NCBI GenBank assembly: GCA_963733195.1
Contig: CAVTCR010000005.1
Span: 17,132-81,131 of the forward strand
Length of the DNA stretch: 64,000 nt
Direction: 5' to 3'
DNA from: an uncultured delta proteobacterium
Lineage (GTDB): Bacteria > Desulfobacterota > Binatia > Bin18
Shown: in pieces, positions 39,431 through 49,273 of the stretch
Layout of the letters: each line of letters opens with the position of its first letter
Position numbering within the stretch: the stretch's first letter is position 1
Program-made: the position numbers and the translations under genes
Notes under the pieces: model-generated
What the model saw: the letters and a program-made list of their open reading frames with translations, nothing else
What the model was told of the DNA's origin: nothing
Database searches by the model: none

Positions 39431-39632
39431 TTGCAAGTCTTCGTTATTGAGCCACGTGTTCATCGGGTCATTGAGTTATCCTAACCCACAGGAAAGAGGC
39501 ACCCCAGACCTCTCAGCGCTCAGCGCCGCCCCAAAGGAGCAGGCCCCTCCCAAAAGTATAAAAGTTGCGGTATCGTAGGGCCCTATTCAAGATAGAGTTC
39601 TACAGTTCCCCATGAGATAAGGGAGGTTCGAT

Positions 39633-40880
39633 ATGAAGATCTCAATGTTCCATCTGATGCCGTACCGCGATCTGCCAGCGGACTTTGAGCAGCGGTATCA
39701 CTCCGTGTGGGTCGATCCACCGTGGAATGAACTCGGTGACGCCAAGAAAGTCGGCCAGTATTACAACTGGACGCTCGACGAGCTCATCTACGCCGCGAAA
39801 TCCGGGGTGGATGGTATCTGCGTCAACGAACATCACCAAAACGCCTATGGCTTCATGCCCAATCCCAATCTCATGGGATCAGTGCTTGCCCGAGCGACCA
39901 ACGGAATGGATGTCGCTATCGTGCAAATGGGCTCGACGTTGCCAACCACCAACCCACCGACCCGAGTCGCCGAAGAATACGGCATGATCGATACCATCAG
40001 TGGTGGTCGCCTCGTCGCTGGCATGCCGCTGGGCACCGCGATGGACGCGACGCTGTGTGCCGGCATCACGCCCATCGAACAACGCGAGCGCTACTACGAA
40101 GCGCATGATCTGATCCTGAAAGCGTGGACCGCACCAGACATCTTTGCCTGGAATGGCAAGTATTTTCAGTTACCGATGGTCAACGTCTGGCCGCATCCGA
40201 TTCAGAAACCACATCCGCCAGTATGGGTGCCTGGCCTCGGCAGTCTCAGTACCTGGGAATTCGCCGCCCAACATAATCACTGCTACTGCTTCCTGAACTA
40301 TTATGGCCCGGTCGTTGGTAAAGGCGTAATGGATGGATTCTGGCAGTTCATCAACCAACGTGGCATCGAGCCTAATCCCTATCGTGCCGGTTTTCTCCAG
40401 CTCGTCGCTGTCGCTGAGACGGATGCGCTGGCAGAGAAACTCTACGAATCCCACATTCGCTACTTCTATAACAAGTCGTTACATATTCCCGCTGAATACT
40501 TCTTCCCGCCTGGGCATCAAGACTATCGCAGTCTCGAAAACAGCATCCGCAAGGGGCTGCTCAAGAGTACGTTCGAGCAGTTAGAAGCGATACCAAACTA
40601 CAAGTTCAAAGATTTTGTCGATAAGCGCTTGGTAATCGCGGGGAGTCCCGCCACTGTGCGCGACATGCTTCGTCAGGGAGTCGAAGACTTGCGCGTCGGC
40701 AATCTGATGGTGTTGTTACAGATCGGCTCAATGCCGCACGATCTGACGCTAAAGAATATTGACCTCTTTACCAAGGAAGTCATGCCGCACCTTCATGACA
40801 TGTGGGACGACAAATGGGAAAACAAATGGTGGCCGGAAAGCCTGCGGGCTAAACGTCAAGTCTCACTGGCGGCTTTGTAA
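39633..40880 (+). CDS. LLM class flavin-dependent monooxygenase
   Basis: NEHHQNAYG, RVAEEYGMID..SGGR, PIQKPHPPVW. Confidence 0.9.
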   Translation: MKISMFHLMPYRDLPADFEQRYHSVWVDPPWNELGDAKKVGQYYNWTLDELIYAAKSGVDGICVNEHHQNAYGFMPNPNLMGSVLARATNGMDVAIVQMGSTLPTTNPPTRVAEEYGMIDTISGGRLVAGMPLGTAMDATLCAGITPIEQRERYYEAHDLILKAWTAPDIFAWNGKYFQLPMVNVWPHPIQKPHPPVWVPGLGSLSTWEFAAQHNHCYCFLNYYGPVVGKGVMDGFWQFINQRGIEPNPYRAGFLQLVAVAETDALAEKLYESHIRYFYNKSLHIPAEYFFPPGHQDYRSLENSIRKGLLKSTFEQLEAIPNYKFKDFVDKRLVIAGSPATVRDMLRQGVEDLRVGNLMVLLQIGSMPHDLTLKNIDLFTKEVMPHLHDMWDDKWENKWWPESLRAKRQVSLAAL

Positions 40881-40891
40881 GGAGAAGATGA

Positions 40892-41689
40892 ATGGCGGCA
40901 GTACAAGAACGGACAGTGAGTGTCTGGGAAAACAAGATCAAACCGAAGATCCAGGTCGCCGGTAGTGGCCCACCGGTCGTCTTTCTGCACGGTGCGTATG
41001 GGCTTACCTGGGACCCGTTCCTCGATGAATTAGCAAAAAACTTCACCGTGTATGCACCCGAACATCCAGGGACCACATGGGGCGATCCCGATGGTATCAA
41101 ACCCTTGGATAACCTGTGGGACCTGGTGTTGTACTACGATGAACTGTTCGACCAACTCAAACTTGATTCACCAGCAGTGATTGGTCATTCCTTCGGCGGG
41201 ATGGTCGCGGCGGAGATCGCGGCATCGTACCCGCGTCGAGTGGGAAAGCTCGTGCTGCTCTGCCCGATTGGCTTGTGGCGCGATGACACGCCAGTGAAGA
41301 ACTGGATGATCATGCCAATGGAAGAAGTCGTCAAGGCCGCGTTTTACGATCCCACAGGTCCGATTGCCAAACAGATGCTGACGCTCCCTGAAGAAGAGAA
41401 AGCCCAGCAGGATGCGCAGATTCGTATGACGTGGTCACTCGCCTGTACCGGGAAGTTCATCTGGCCGATTCCCGATAAGGGACTGAAGAAACGTATCCAT
41501 CGCATCAAATCGCCGACGCTGCTCGTGTGGGGCAAGCAGGATAAGCTGGTGCCGCCAGTGTATGCGCAAGAGTTCGCTAATCGTATTGCTGGCTCACGCA
41601 TAGAGATGTTTGACCAAGCCGCGCATGTGCCACAGCTTGAGCAACTAGGCAAAGTCTCCGCTGTTGTACGCGATTTCATCAAATCGTAA
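40892..41689 (+). CDS. Alpha/beta fold hydrolase
   Basis: FLHGA, GHSFGG, WGKQD, AAH; 11 nt after the LLM gene. Confidence 0.9.
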   Translation: MAAVQERTVSVWENKIKPKIQVAGSGPPVVFLHGAYGLTWDPFLDELAKNFTVYAPEHPGTTWGDPDGIKPLDNLWDLVLYYDELFDQLKLDSPAVIGHSFGGMVAAEIAASYPRRVGKLVLLCPIGLWRDDTPVKNWMIMPMEEVVKAAFYDPTGPIAKQMLTLPEEEKAQQDAQIRMTWSLACTGKFIWPIPDKGLKKRIHRIKSPTLLVWGKQDKLVPPVYAQEFANRIAGSRIEMFDQAAHVPQLEQLGKVSAVVRDFIKS

Positions 41690-41788
41690 GTACGTCTCGT
41701 CGCGTGTCCACTTTCACCGCTCTGTCGTGTGCTACCAAGAGTAGCCGGGCAGAGCGGTCGCGTTTCTGTAGCCCTCTTAACGTGAGAA

Positions 41789-41834
41789 AAGATGCGCCGT
41801 AAGAGATTCGGACTCCCGACCTATAGGTTCGTAG
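41789..41834 (-). repeat. Diverged att-like copy of the tRNA-Arg(ACG) 3' half
   Basis: AAGATGCGCCGTAAGAGATTCGGACTCCCGACCTATAGGTTCGTAG vs 45006-45051; 6 mismatches in 46. Confidence 0.88.
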
Positions 41835-42167
41835 GCCGTTCACAGACAGTGAGGAAAAAACGAGTGACAACGGGAAGTTAAGTATAACTTCCCATCCTTC
41901 CTTGGAAAACGTGTTTTTTCCTATTGCTACTATTCGTTCCTATTTTTCTGGGTTATTCTTATTCCTTTATTTCCGTTGGCAAATGGTTGGCAAACGAGAG
42001 AACTCATTGTGACAAGCCGAGGGGAGAGGTAAAGTAGCGGTCAGTAGAAGGGGCTAGGCCGTGGTTGATCACTGTGGCTGAAGAACAGTTTGGGAATTAT
42101 CCCTTTTCAAGCTGTGAAGAGAAAAGTCGTTCTCCCTTAAGTTTTCTCGTGTTCTCATGGGAGCCCT

Positions 42168-42353
42168 ATGGAAACTGTGCTCGCCTCAATGAGATTTTTG
42201 CTGTCTATCATTCTGATCATCGTTGGCGCGATTTGTATAGACAAAGGATTTGATTACAGAGGTAAGGATCTCTCTGCGGTTCTCATCGTACTGACCGGAA
42301 TGGCTATCCTGGGTACCGGATGCTGGATGGTATTGGTCTGGCTGACGCCCTAA
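42168..42353 (+). CDS. Small two-TM hypothetical protein
   Basis: GGAG RBS, two hydrophobic helices. Confidence 0.55.
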   Translation: METVLASMRFLLSIILIIVGAICIDKGFDYRGKDLSAVLIVLTGMAILGTGCWMVLVWLTP

Positions 42354-42500
42354 GGCAGCAGGCTAATATCCAACTCGTCGGCAAAGAACAGCGCGACGCC
42401 AGCCTGCCCCTGCTCAAAGGCCAAGCGAATGCGCGCTAGTTTCTCCACCCGCTGGGGGTCCCCATCTTTAGCCACCAGCTTGGCCCACTTCCACCTTGGA
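42350..42500 (-). pseudogene. IS630-family transposase fragment
   Basis: WKWAKLVAKDGDPQRVEKLARIR..LFFADELDISLLP resembles the linker and first catalytic Asp region of IS630 DDE transposases. Confidence 0.6.
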
Positions 42501-42745
42501 TCCCAAGAGAGAGACGTAATACGTTGCGACCCCATCCCACACTTGGAGGGCGAGATTCAGCGCTAGGAACACTGCGATCCAAGAAGGAGAATATGACACG
42601 GGGGAGAGTTATGACGTATGCCGTTGGGTGTCGTCAAGGGGAAACGGGTCCCATTTTCCAGCGAAAAAACAGACCCTTCCGTTGACGGATATCGCTTGAC
42701 GGGCGGCTGCAGTCGGGCGCATAGTCCTTCCTACTGGAGACACCT

Positions 42746-43009
42746 ATGTTGGTTTCACTTCCTCTTGTGGTCTACCTCTTGGTCGCTAGTTTCTCGATGA
42801 ATGTCCTTGCCTTCTTGCTCTATTGCCATGATCGGCAGAGTCCTGAGCTGCGGGTGACCGCTCTGGTCATGTTGTCGGCGGGGGCGGCTTCCCTGGCCCT
42901 TGCCTCGCTGGTGTGGATGGAGATCAGCCTCGCGGCGAAGACGGCGGCTCAGGCACCCGCACAGGCGTATGCAGAAAGCGCAGAAGGTGACTCAGGAGCG
43001 GAGCAGTGA
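42746..43009 (+). CDS. Small two-TM hypothetical protein
   Basis: GGAG RBS, hydrophobic helices. Confidence 0.55.
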   Translation: MLVSLPLVVYLLVASFSMNVLAFLLYCHDRQSPELRVTALVMLSAGAASLALASLVWMEISLAAKTAAQAPAQAYAESAEGDSGAEQ

Positions 43010-43385
43010 AACAGCGCGTGGGAGAGACTATGATGCCGCGCTTACTGCCACCCCGCTTGCACGGTGTGGATCTTGCCGTCTTTGTAATACCGTCCTCCAC
43101 ACCGAGGACAGACTAATGCACGCCACGCGTCACGCTTGGGAATCGTAGTGTTAAGCGGCTGCAGCATCACACCATCGTCCAACACCAGGTCTTCGACGCT
43201 CGCACGCGTGGTGAGGCACGAAGGACAGACACCCCCCACAAAGCACGAGGTGTGATAAGCAAGACCGCCTCACATGGGTCTGACCTTTAACGCTCGCCAG
43301 AAGCCCAAGCTGAAAGGGTAAGGGGGTTCCATTTTACTTGCCTTTTCGGACCACGAAATTTCTTCCCTTTTAGGAAAGTCGCGGA

Positions 43386-43486
43386 GTCTAACGTTCGCCT
43401 CACGGGCCACTGGGCCAAACCGAGACCTTCAGCTGTGCACCTCAAACCGCAAACAGGCGGCGATCCCGCGCACGGCCTGTTTAGGC
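43386..43486 (-). mobile_element. Degenerate integron attC site
   Basis: GCCTAA(A)C overlapping the stop codon ... GAGGCGAAC-GTTAGAC. Confidence 0.6.
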
Positions 43487-44164
43487 CGTTATGACGCCAC
43501 CTAAAAAGGCTGGATAGGACTGGGAATGCGCCGCCGTGAGAGTAAATGCCGTCAACCCGTCAACGAACGCCTCGACAGCCTCGGTAAACGCAGCATCCAT
43601 CGCAGCGTCATTGGGAAACGCCTCAAACGCCAGGGAGCAATAGGCCTGCCCAGCTACTTCCAGATCCGTCAACTCGAATCCGAGCCCACGATCAACAAAG
43701 ATCTGCGTATCCACTTCTTGCGCTTTGCCAGTCAAAGTGTCTAGTCGCACCTTGCGCAACGCGCGAGTCTTCCGAACAGCGGCAGTCACCAGCCCCATCT
43801 CCTTTCCCGCCACAAATAGGCGTTGATACGAAGCGGGGGTGTTCGCGTACGACCACTTTATCCAGCGTTCGACCTTCCCCTGATGTCGACCGCAGAACAC
43901 CTGTGTACCGAGGGAAGAGACACGCCCCTTAATTTGCAACTTGCCCTCACGCCACTTGATGCCCATATCGTCGCTGCCGGGCACCAGCAAGTAAATGTCA
44001 GGTTGGTCATCGAGCCGGCCCTTCCATACCGGCGGCCCCACACCGGGGCTTTTTTGCATGGGCGCTATGGTCTCAAACCACCGCTTTAATGATTCATGCT
44101 GATCGGCCTTTCCTTCGAAGAACCACCGAACCTCGTGACTAGCCAGCGGGATTGTCTTCGCCAT
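43481..44164 (-). CDS. Cassette gene, hypothetical (CYTH-like)
   Basis: EVRWF, DIYL, GIKWREG..IKGR, WIKWS, ELT, AFEA; AGGAGG RBS right after the attC. Confidence 0.75.
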   Translation of the reverse strand: MAKTIPLASHEVRWFFEGKADQHESLKRWFETIAPMQKSPGVGPPVWKGRLDDQPDIYLLVPGSDDMGIKWREGKLQIKGRVSSLGTQVFCGRHQGKVERWIKWSYANTPASYQRLFVAGKEMGLVTAAVRKTRALRKVRLDTLTGKAQEVDTQIFVDRGLGFELTDLEVAGQAYCSLAFEAFPNDAAMDAAFTEAVEAFVDGLTAFTLTAAHSQSYPAFLGGVITA

Positions 44165-44189
44165 CGTATGATCCTCCTTCAGGTGATTG

Positions 44190-44277
44190 GTCTAACGATC
44201 TGGCATGGAGCTGCGCACCCACTGCCCTCGCGAGAATTCGCACGTCTCATGCACGGCAGCTCCACGCCTTGTTGGGC
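44190..44277 (-). mobile_element. Integron attC site
   Basis: R'' GCCCAAC, GCGTGGAGCTGC ... GCAGCTCCATGC, R' GTTAGAC. Confidence 0.82.
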
Positions 44278-44284
44278 GACCGTC

Positions 44285-44731
44285 TCACCGCTGCACCCGC
44301 AGTTCGAAGGCTGGGTAGTACGCGGCGAGTGGAGTGAACGCTTCGACCGGGGACCCCGCCACCACAGGAAAGAAGCGCTGGACCTGCAGTTTGTAGGTGT
44401 CCAGATATGCCTTGAGAATCTCGGGTTTCTCGTTATTCCCGACCTCTTGAAGGTTGTAACGCTCGGAGGTGCGGCCTTGCCTCAGCGTGACGGCGCCGCT
44501 CGCCTTTGCGTTGTGCACCCATTGCGTTTGGCCGCGCGGAGACACGAGGTAGGCTCGACCGTTGTGAGAGAGGAGGTCGACAGGAGTCGAATACGTGCGC
44601 CCACTCTTCCGTCCCGACACTTCCAGGAGGTAGTAGTTCGCAGGCGTTAGTCCGAGGCCGACGAGCCAGCCGAAGAAACGGTTGAACGCCGCCTCGAACA
44701 CGTTCGGTCGCTTTACGATGTGTGCGTCCAT
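44285..44731 (-). CDS. Cassette gene, deazaflavin-dependent nitroreductase-like (DUF385) protein
   Basis: LEVSGRKSGRTYSTPV, YLVSPRGQTQWVHN, YPAFEL. Confidence 0.82.
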   Translation of the reverse strand: MDAHIVKRPNVFEAAFNRFFGWLVGLGLTPANYYLLEVSGRKSGRTYSTPVDLLSHNGRAYLVSPRGQTQWVHNAKASGAVTLRQGRTSERYNLQEVGNNEKPEILKAYLDTYKLQVQRFFPVVAGSPVEAFTPLAAYYPAFELRVQR

Positions 44732-45009
44732 CTACCCACCCTCAAGAAAGCAGGCCCGTCAGGTCCGGCTCCATAGATCTTCGGCATACGTTCGCACTCT
44801 CTACCTCCAACAAGACGATTCGCTTGCTATTTCAAGGAACAGATGGGACATCACTCCATTCGTCACCGTAGACATTCTACGGACACTCTTTCCTCGCGGC
44901 AATCTAAACTTCGATCGCTCTATGACCTCCGGCGGCAGACAACACGGCAGAAAAAGCGCACATCGAACATAGAGTTTGTAGGAAGTCCGCTAAGTGGTTG
45001 AAAAGAAGA

Positions 45010-45083
45010 TGCGCCGTAAGGGATTCGAACCCCTGGCCTACAGGTTCGTAGCCTGCCGCTCTATCCAACTGAGCTAACGGCGC
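45010..45083 (-). tRNA. tRNA-Arg (ACG), CCA not encoded
   Basis: GCGCCGTTAGCTCAGTTGGATAGAGCGGCAGG CTACGAA CCTGTAGGCCAGGGGTTCGAATCCCTTACGGCGCA. Confidence 0.97.
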
Positions 45084-45158
45084 ATAAGAAAAATCTAGGG
45101 CTTACCAGGCGGGTTCTACAATGAGCAATACCATGTATGCACCATGTGGGAAAATTGC

Positions 45159-45335
45159 TCAACGAGAAGCTTTGTGTAGCATACTCGGTGGGGCCGCAGC
45201 AACTACCTCTTTGACATCATCCTCGCTGGGGTTGTTGTACCGCTGAAAGGTCGCAAAAGTCTTATGCCCAGTGATGGTCATGATCCGCTTGTAATCTCAT
45301 CCTTACCCGGACTTTCCTGGTGACAAAAGTATGTC
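45159..45335 (-). pseudogene. Tyrosine recombinase/integrase C-terminal remnant
   Basis: HTFVTRKVR-(indel, stop)-DYKRIMTITGHKTFATFQRYNNP; box II His and catalytic Tyr. Confidence 0.78.
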
Positions 45336-45478
45336 CAATCGCTGCATTTTTCAGCGCCGGAGTCCCTGCCGCCGAGATGCCGGAATTCATAAAGCGCGGC
45401 TTTGAGGAGGCACCCAGGAGTCGACCACGCGCACCAAGCTGACAAGAATGCGGTCCCCCTGAAGAAAAAATCCACTCC

Positions 45479-46762
45479 TCATCCACGATCTCTACTGTGG
45501 TCTCGCAAAGACAGCGCTGCAACTAACCCCACCATCGCACCAAACATCACATAATACGCTGGCGCGATGGGAGAGCCGGTCTTCTCGACCAACCAGGTAA
45601 CAATGAATTGCGCAAAACCTCCGAAAAGCATGACCGCCATATTGTAGGCGACAGCGAGTCCAGTCGAGCGTACGCCGACGGGAAACTGCTCGGCGACCGC
45701 GGTGGAAATCGGTCCAGAAAAAGCTCCAGCAATGCTACACAGTACAGTCTGCATCAATACGAGATGTAGGAAACTCGGATGCGCGTGAATCCACGTAAAG
45801 AACGGGTATAACAGCAAAAGATAGGCGACCGGTGCAGCGATCAGGATCGGCCTGCGGCCAATGCGGTCTGAGAGTGTTCCACACACCGGAATCACTAGCG
45901 TCATACACACAAGCCCGATGACTTGGGCAATAAAGGCTTCGTTCAATGGCAGGTTCAGTTGCTTATTGGCGAACGTCGGCATGTACACCAGAATCACGTA
46001 GTACGAGATCGTCCCACAGATAACGAGGCCGAAGGTCACAAGGATGCTGCGCTGATGTTGATTAAGAAGCGCGCCGACTGCTTGCGTCTGTCGTTTACTA
46101 CGAGATTCAAGAAACGCGTCAGTCTCTTCGAGATGGCGGCGAATATATAATCCTACTGGACCAATCAACAACCCAAACATAAACGGCAGACGCCAGCCCC
46201 AGGAATCGAGCTGTTCCGATGTGAACCCTCGCGTCACAAGCACCCCAGACAGCGCTCCCCCCAAGGCCGCCAAACTTTGTCCCACCATCTGGAGTGAGCC
46301 GTAGAAGCCACGGTGTTGTTCTGGCGAAGCTTCTACGAGAAACGACGTGGCACTGGCGAATTCGCCGCCAGTCGCAAACCCTTGGAGTAAGCGTGCCAGC
46401 ACCATGAGTAGTGGTGCGGCAATGCCGATCGCCGAATACGGCGGCGCAAAGGCGATAATCGCCATCGAGATCGTCATCAAACCGATGATCAGTTGCAGCG
46501 CCGCCTTACGGCCCTTACGATCTGCGTAGAGGCCAAGAATGATGCCGCCAACCGGGCGCATGAAGAACCCTACTCCGAAGGTTGCTGTCGTCAGCAATAG
46601 CGAGGCATATTCACTGTGTGCGGGAAAAAATAGACGGGAGATGATAACCGTCAGAAACCCGTAGACGACGAAATCATACCATTCCAACGCATTCCCAATG
46701 ACCGCTGCAGCAATTTGCTTGGTACGCGGCACTGCGGCTAGCCGCGGATTTTCGTTTTGCAT
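45479..46762 (-). CDS. MFS metabolite:H+ symporter (MHS family)
   Basis: GNALEWYDF, RPVGG..DRKGRK, RLLQGFATGGE, WGWRLPF, DRIGRR. Confidence 0.93.
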   Translation of the reverse strand: MQNENPRLAAVPRTKQIAAAVIGNALEWYDFVVYGFLTVIISRLFFPAHSEYASLLLTTATFGVGFFMRPVGGIILGLYADRKGRKAALQLIIGLMTISMAIIAFAPPYSAIGIAAPLLMVLARLLQGFATGGEFASATSFLVEASPEQHRGFYGSLQMVGQSLAALGGALSGVLVTRGFTSEQLDSWGWRLPFMFGLLIGPVGLYIRRHLEETDAFLESRSKRQTQAVGALLNQHQRSILVTFGLVICGTISYYVILVYMPTFANKQLNLPLNEAFIAQVIGLVCMTLVIPVCGTLSDRIGRRPILIAAPVAYLLLLYPFFTWIHAHPSFLHLVLMQTVLCSIAGAFSGPISTAVAEQFPVGVRSTGLAVAYNMAVMLFGGFAQFIVTWLVEKTGSPIAPAYYVMFGAMVGLVAALSLRDHSRDRG

Positions 46763-46893
46763 CGCCTCGCGTTACCATAGGCACGCACCACCTGCTATGA
46801 GGGGCACGCAACCAGCAAAATTTCTCCCTGCGATCTTTTGGAGCAGCAAGCAAACGCGGTACAATAGCGGAGCGTCGAACAGAAAGGAACAGC

Positions 46894-47475
46894 ATGCTGA
46901 ACGCACTTGTAACGATCCAGGTTCTCCTCCTGGCCGTGCTCTGTACGTGGTCAAATATTGCTCGCGCGACGAGCGTAACCGAGTTCACCTTTACCGACCT
47001 CGTTGCCCAGGCCGATGTCATCGCGGTCGGTACGGTGACAGAGATTCGCGAACAGTGGGATGAAGAAAAGAAGGCCCCGCTAACGTTGGTGACCTTTGCA
47101 AACCTCACCGTCGTCAAAGGTTCACCTGGTAGCAGTTTCACCTTGGAGTTTCTCGGTGGAAAGATGCCAAACGGTTTAGTGATGACGATTCCTGGAGTTC
47201 CACAGTTTGCCGTCGGTGAGAAGGCTGTTGTGTTCTGCGCTGGGAATGGTCGAGATTTTTGCCCACTCGTCGGTATCTGGCAGGGGGTTCTCCGGGTGGT
47301 GACAGATCCACAACGAGGTGTAGAAACAGTGAGTGATAATTTTCGCGTGCCCATCATAAAGATCGAAGACGGCAAGTTTGTCAAACGCTCGCCCCAGACT
47401 GCGACTCAGCCTCCGTTATCACTTTCCACACTTGTGCAAACGATCCAACACACTGTGCAGTCATCGAATCACTAA
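46894..47475 (+). CDS. Secreted hypothetical protein
   Basis: Signal peptide (..IARA), DLVAQADVIAVGTV, PQFAVGEKAVVF. Confidence 0.75.
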   Translation: MLNALVTIQVLLLAVLCTWSNIARATSVTEFTFTDLVAQADVIAVGTVTEIREQWDEEKKAPLTLVTFANLTVVKGSPGSSFTLEFLGGKMPNGLVMTIPGVPQFAVGEKAVVFCAGNGRDFCPLVGIWQGVLRVVTDPQRGVETVSDNFRVPIIKIEDGKFVKRSPQTATQPPLSLSTLVQTIQHTVQSSNH

Positions 47476-47499
47476 ACGCAAACAAAAGAATCGGACGCT

Positions 47500-48566
47500 A
47501 TGCGAACTTTTTCCGCCCTATTCTTTGCTAGTTTTATAGCCTTGTCTGCCATCTGCTCGCAGGGTTTCGCGTTTGTTCGCGAGAGCAGCGAAGGAGTATT
47601 TGCGATTTGGCCTGAGAGCGAAGTCACGATCAACCTACAGGTTGGTTGTCCAGACACGCCACTGATGTTCTGGGGTCCCTGCTGGACGGATGCCGTCATT
47701 GACGCCGCTAATCGCTGGCAGGGACCAGACACCAGTTTTCGTTTTCTTGTACGATCGCCTTCGGTGTCAGTCGACGCCTGTGAAACTGACGAGTTCCGCA
47801 CGATCGCTTTTCGTTCGACACTCTGTGGCGGGCGCGGCTTCGGTAGTTCACTTGCAGTGACCTATTTCTCGTCAATCCAGCTACTGGCGCTTTCGTCGAT
47901 GCCGATACCATTTTTGACGGGAAACGGACATGGGTTACGTATCCTGGCCCACTGCAAACCAATGCCTCAGGTACAATCGTTTATGACTTTCACCGCATCG
48001 CTATTCATGAACTGGGTCACGTGCTCGGTCTCGATCATCCAGACGATGCCGGACAGACAGTGACAGCGATTATGAACAGCCGCGTCAGCGACCTCGACAC
48101 CACCCAACCCGATGACCTTGCCGGAATCCGTTCGATTTATCCCGCTACCGTCACTACAGTTCAAGGCGTATTAGAGAATCCTCAGCCAAGCAGCGCAGTC
48201 AGTGGCATTAGTACGATTTCCGGTTGGGTGTGTACAGCAAACCAGATCACCGTGCTCGTCAATGGCAGTATTGTCATTCCTGCTGCATATGGCACCCCAC
48301 GCGACGACACCCGCGAACGCTGCGGTGACGATAACAACGGCTTTGCCATTCTCGTTAATTGGAATGAGCTGGGCACCGGCACTCACCAGGTCGTGGCACT
48401 CGCCGATGGTGTGGAGTTTGGTCGGGCGACGGTTACCGTAGCCACCCTCGGACCTCCTTTTCTGACTGGTGCCAGCGGCACCTATACGGTCCCATTTAAC
48501 GGACGCAACGTCACCCTTCAATGGCAAGAGAAGCTACAGAACTTTGTGATTAGCGGAGTCCAGTAA
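47500..48566 (+). CDS. Secreted matrixin-like zinc metalloprotease; indel at ~47866
   Basis: Signal peptide; corrected frame gives HELGHVLGLDH, Met-turn AIMNS and a C-terminal LENP..SGWVC domain. Confidence 0.82.
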
Positions 48567-48573
48567 AAAAGAG

Positions 48574-48662
48574 CGGAGAGGGCGGGATTTGAACCCGCGG
48601 TACAGTGTTACCCGTACACTCGCTTAGCAGGCGAGCGCCTTCGACCACTCGGCCACCTCTCC
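48574..48662 (-). tRNA. tRNA-Ser (GCT), long variable arm, CCA not encoded
   Basis: GGAGAGGTGGCCGAGTGGTCGAAGGCGCTCGC CTGCTAA GCGAG..GGGTTCAAATCCCGCCCTCTCCG. Confidence 0.97.
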
Positions 48663-48847
48663 ATACTGCCTCTACAGGCAGAAACTTGAGATTTTTGGTT
48701 AGCAGGGACGAAGCTTTTTGCCAAGGGCTCCTACTCGCCACTCTACTGCTCGCGGGTAGAAAAGGCAATGTCAACACTTCCCAGCCACTTGCTTGACACT
48801 CTTCCCTTCATCCGTCATCCACTGTGAAGAGTTGGAAAGGAGACGGA

Positions 48848-49273
48848 ATGGCAGAAAAAGGATTCACTGGACAAGGTTTTCTGTGGCGGTTGTTATTCGC
48901 ACTTTTATTAGTGGGAGCGACATACAACCTAGAAGGCTATTCGTACTACCACTGGGCATTGGCCGACTTTTCGACATTTGGCCCAGAACAGGCAGTGGTT
49001 GGCATACTGCTTCTCATTGGTTGGGTGATCTACTTACGTGCAACGCTTCGTTCACTCGGACTGCTTGGTCTTATCTTGGTGATCGCGCTCTGTGCCTCAC
49101 TGGTGTGGCTGATCACCAGTTGGGGATGGATTTCGCCTGACAGTCCACGAGCAATTACCTATGTCAGCTTGGTGATTATTGCTCTCGTACTTGCCACCGG
49201 CATGAGTTGGTCACATGTCCGGCGTCGCATAAGCGGCCAGGCCGACGTCGATGCAGTAGATGAAGGACATTGA
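48848..49273 (+). CDS. DUF6524-like membrane protein
   Basis: LVGATYN..YSYYHW, ATLRSLG, GMSWSHVRRRISGQ. Confidence 0.75.
   Translation: MAEKGFTGQGFLWRLLFALLLVGATYNLEGYSYYHWALADFSTFGPEQAVVGILLLIGWVIYLRATLRSLGLLGLILVIALCASLVWLITSWGWISPDSPRAITYVSLVIIALVLATGMSWSHVRRRISGQADVDAVDEGH

Larger units (their letters stand above)
41789..45051. mobile_element. Integrase-less island at tRNA-Arg with integron cassettes and an IS scar
   Basis: Flanked by the tRNA and its 3' duplicate; small cargo genes. Confidence 0.75.

Noticed and set aside
43042-43239. Possible third cassette gene (65 aa, CPSC/CPRC)
   Set aside because: Weak start and no downstream attC found; too uncertain to call.
45230-45270. c-di-GMP-I riboswitch-like GAAA..CGCAAA
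   Set aside because: The pairing stems are absent, and the sequence is explained as the antisense of the integrase remnant.
45159-45335. Integron integrase (intI) for the nearby attC sites
   Set aside because: Box II reads IMTITGHKT rather than the IntI-type VQELLGH, and position and orientation do not fit an intI-attI layout.
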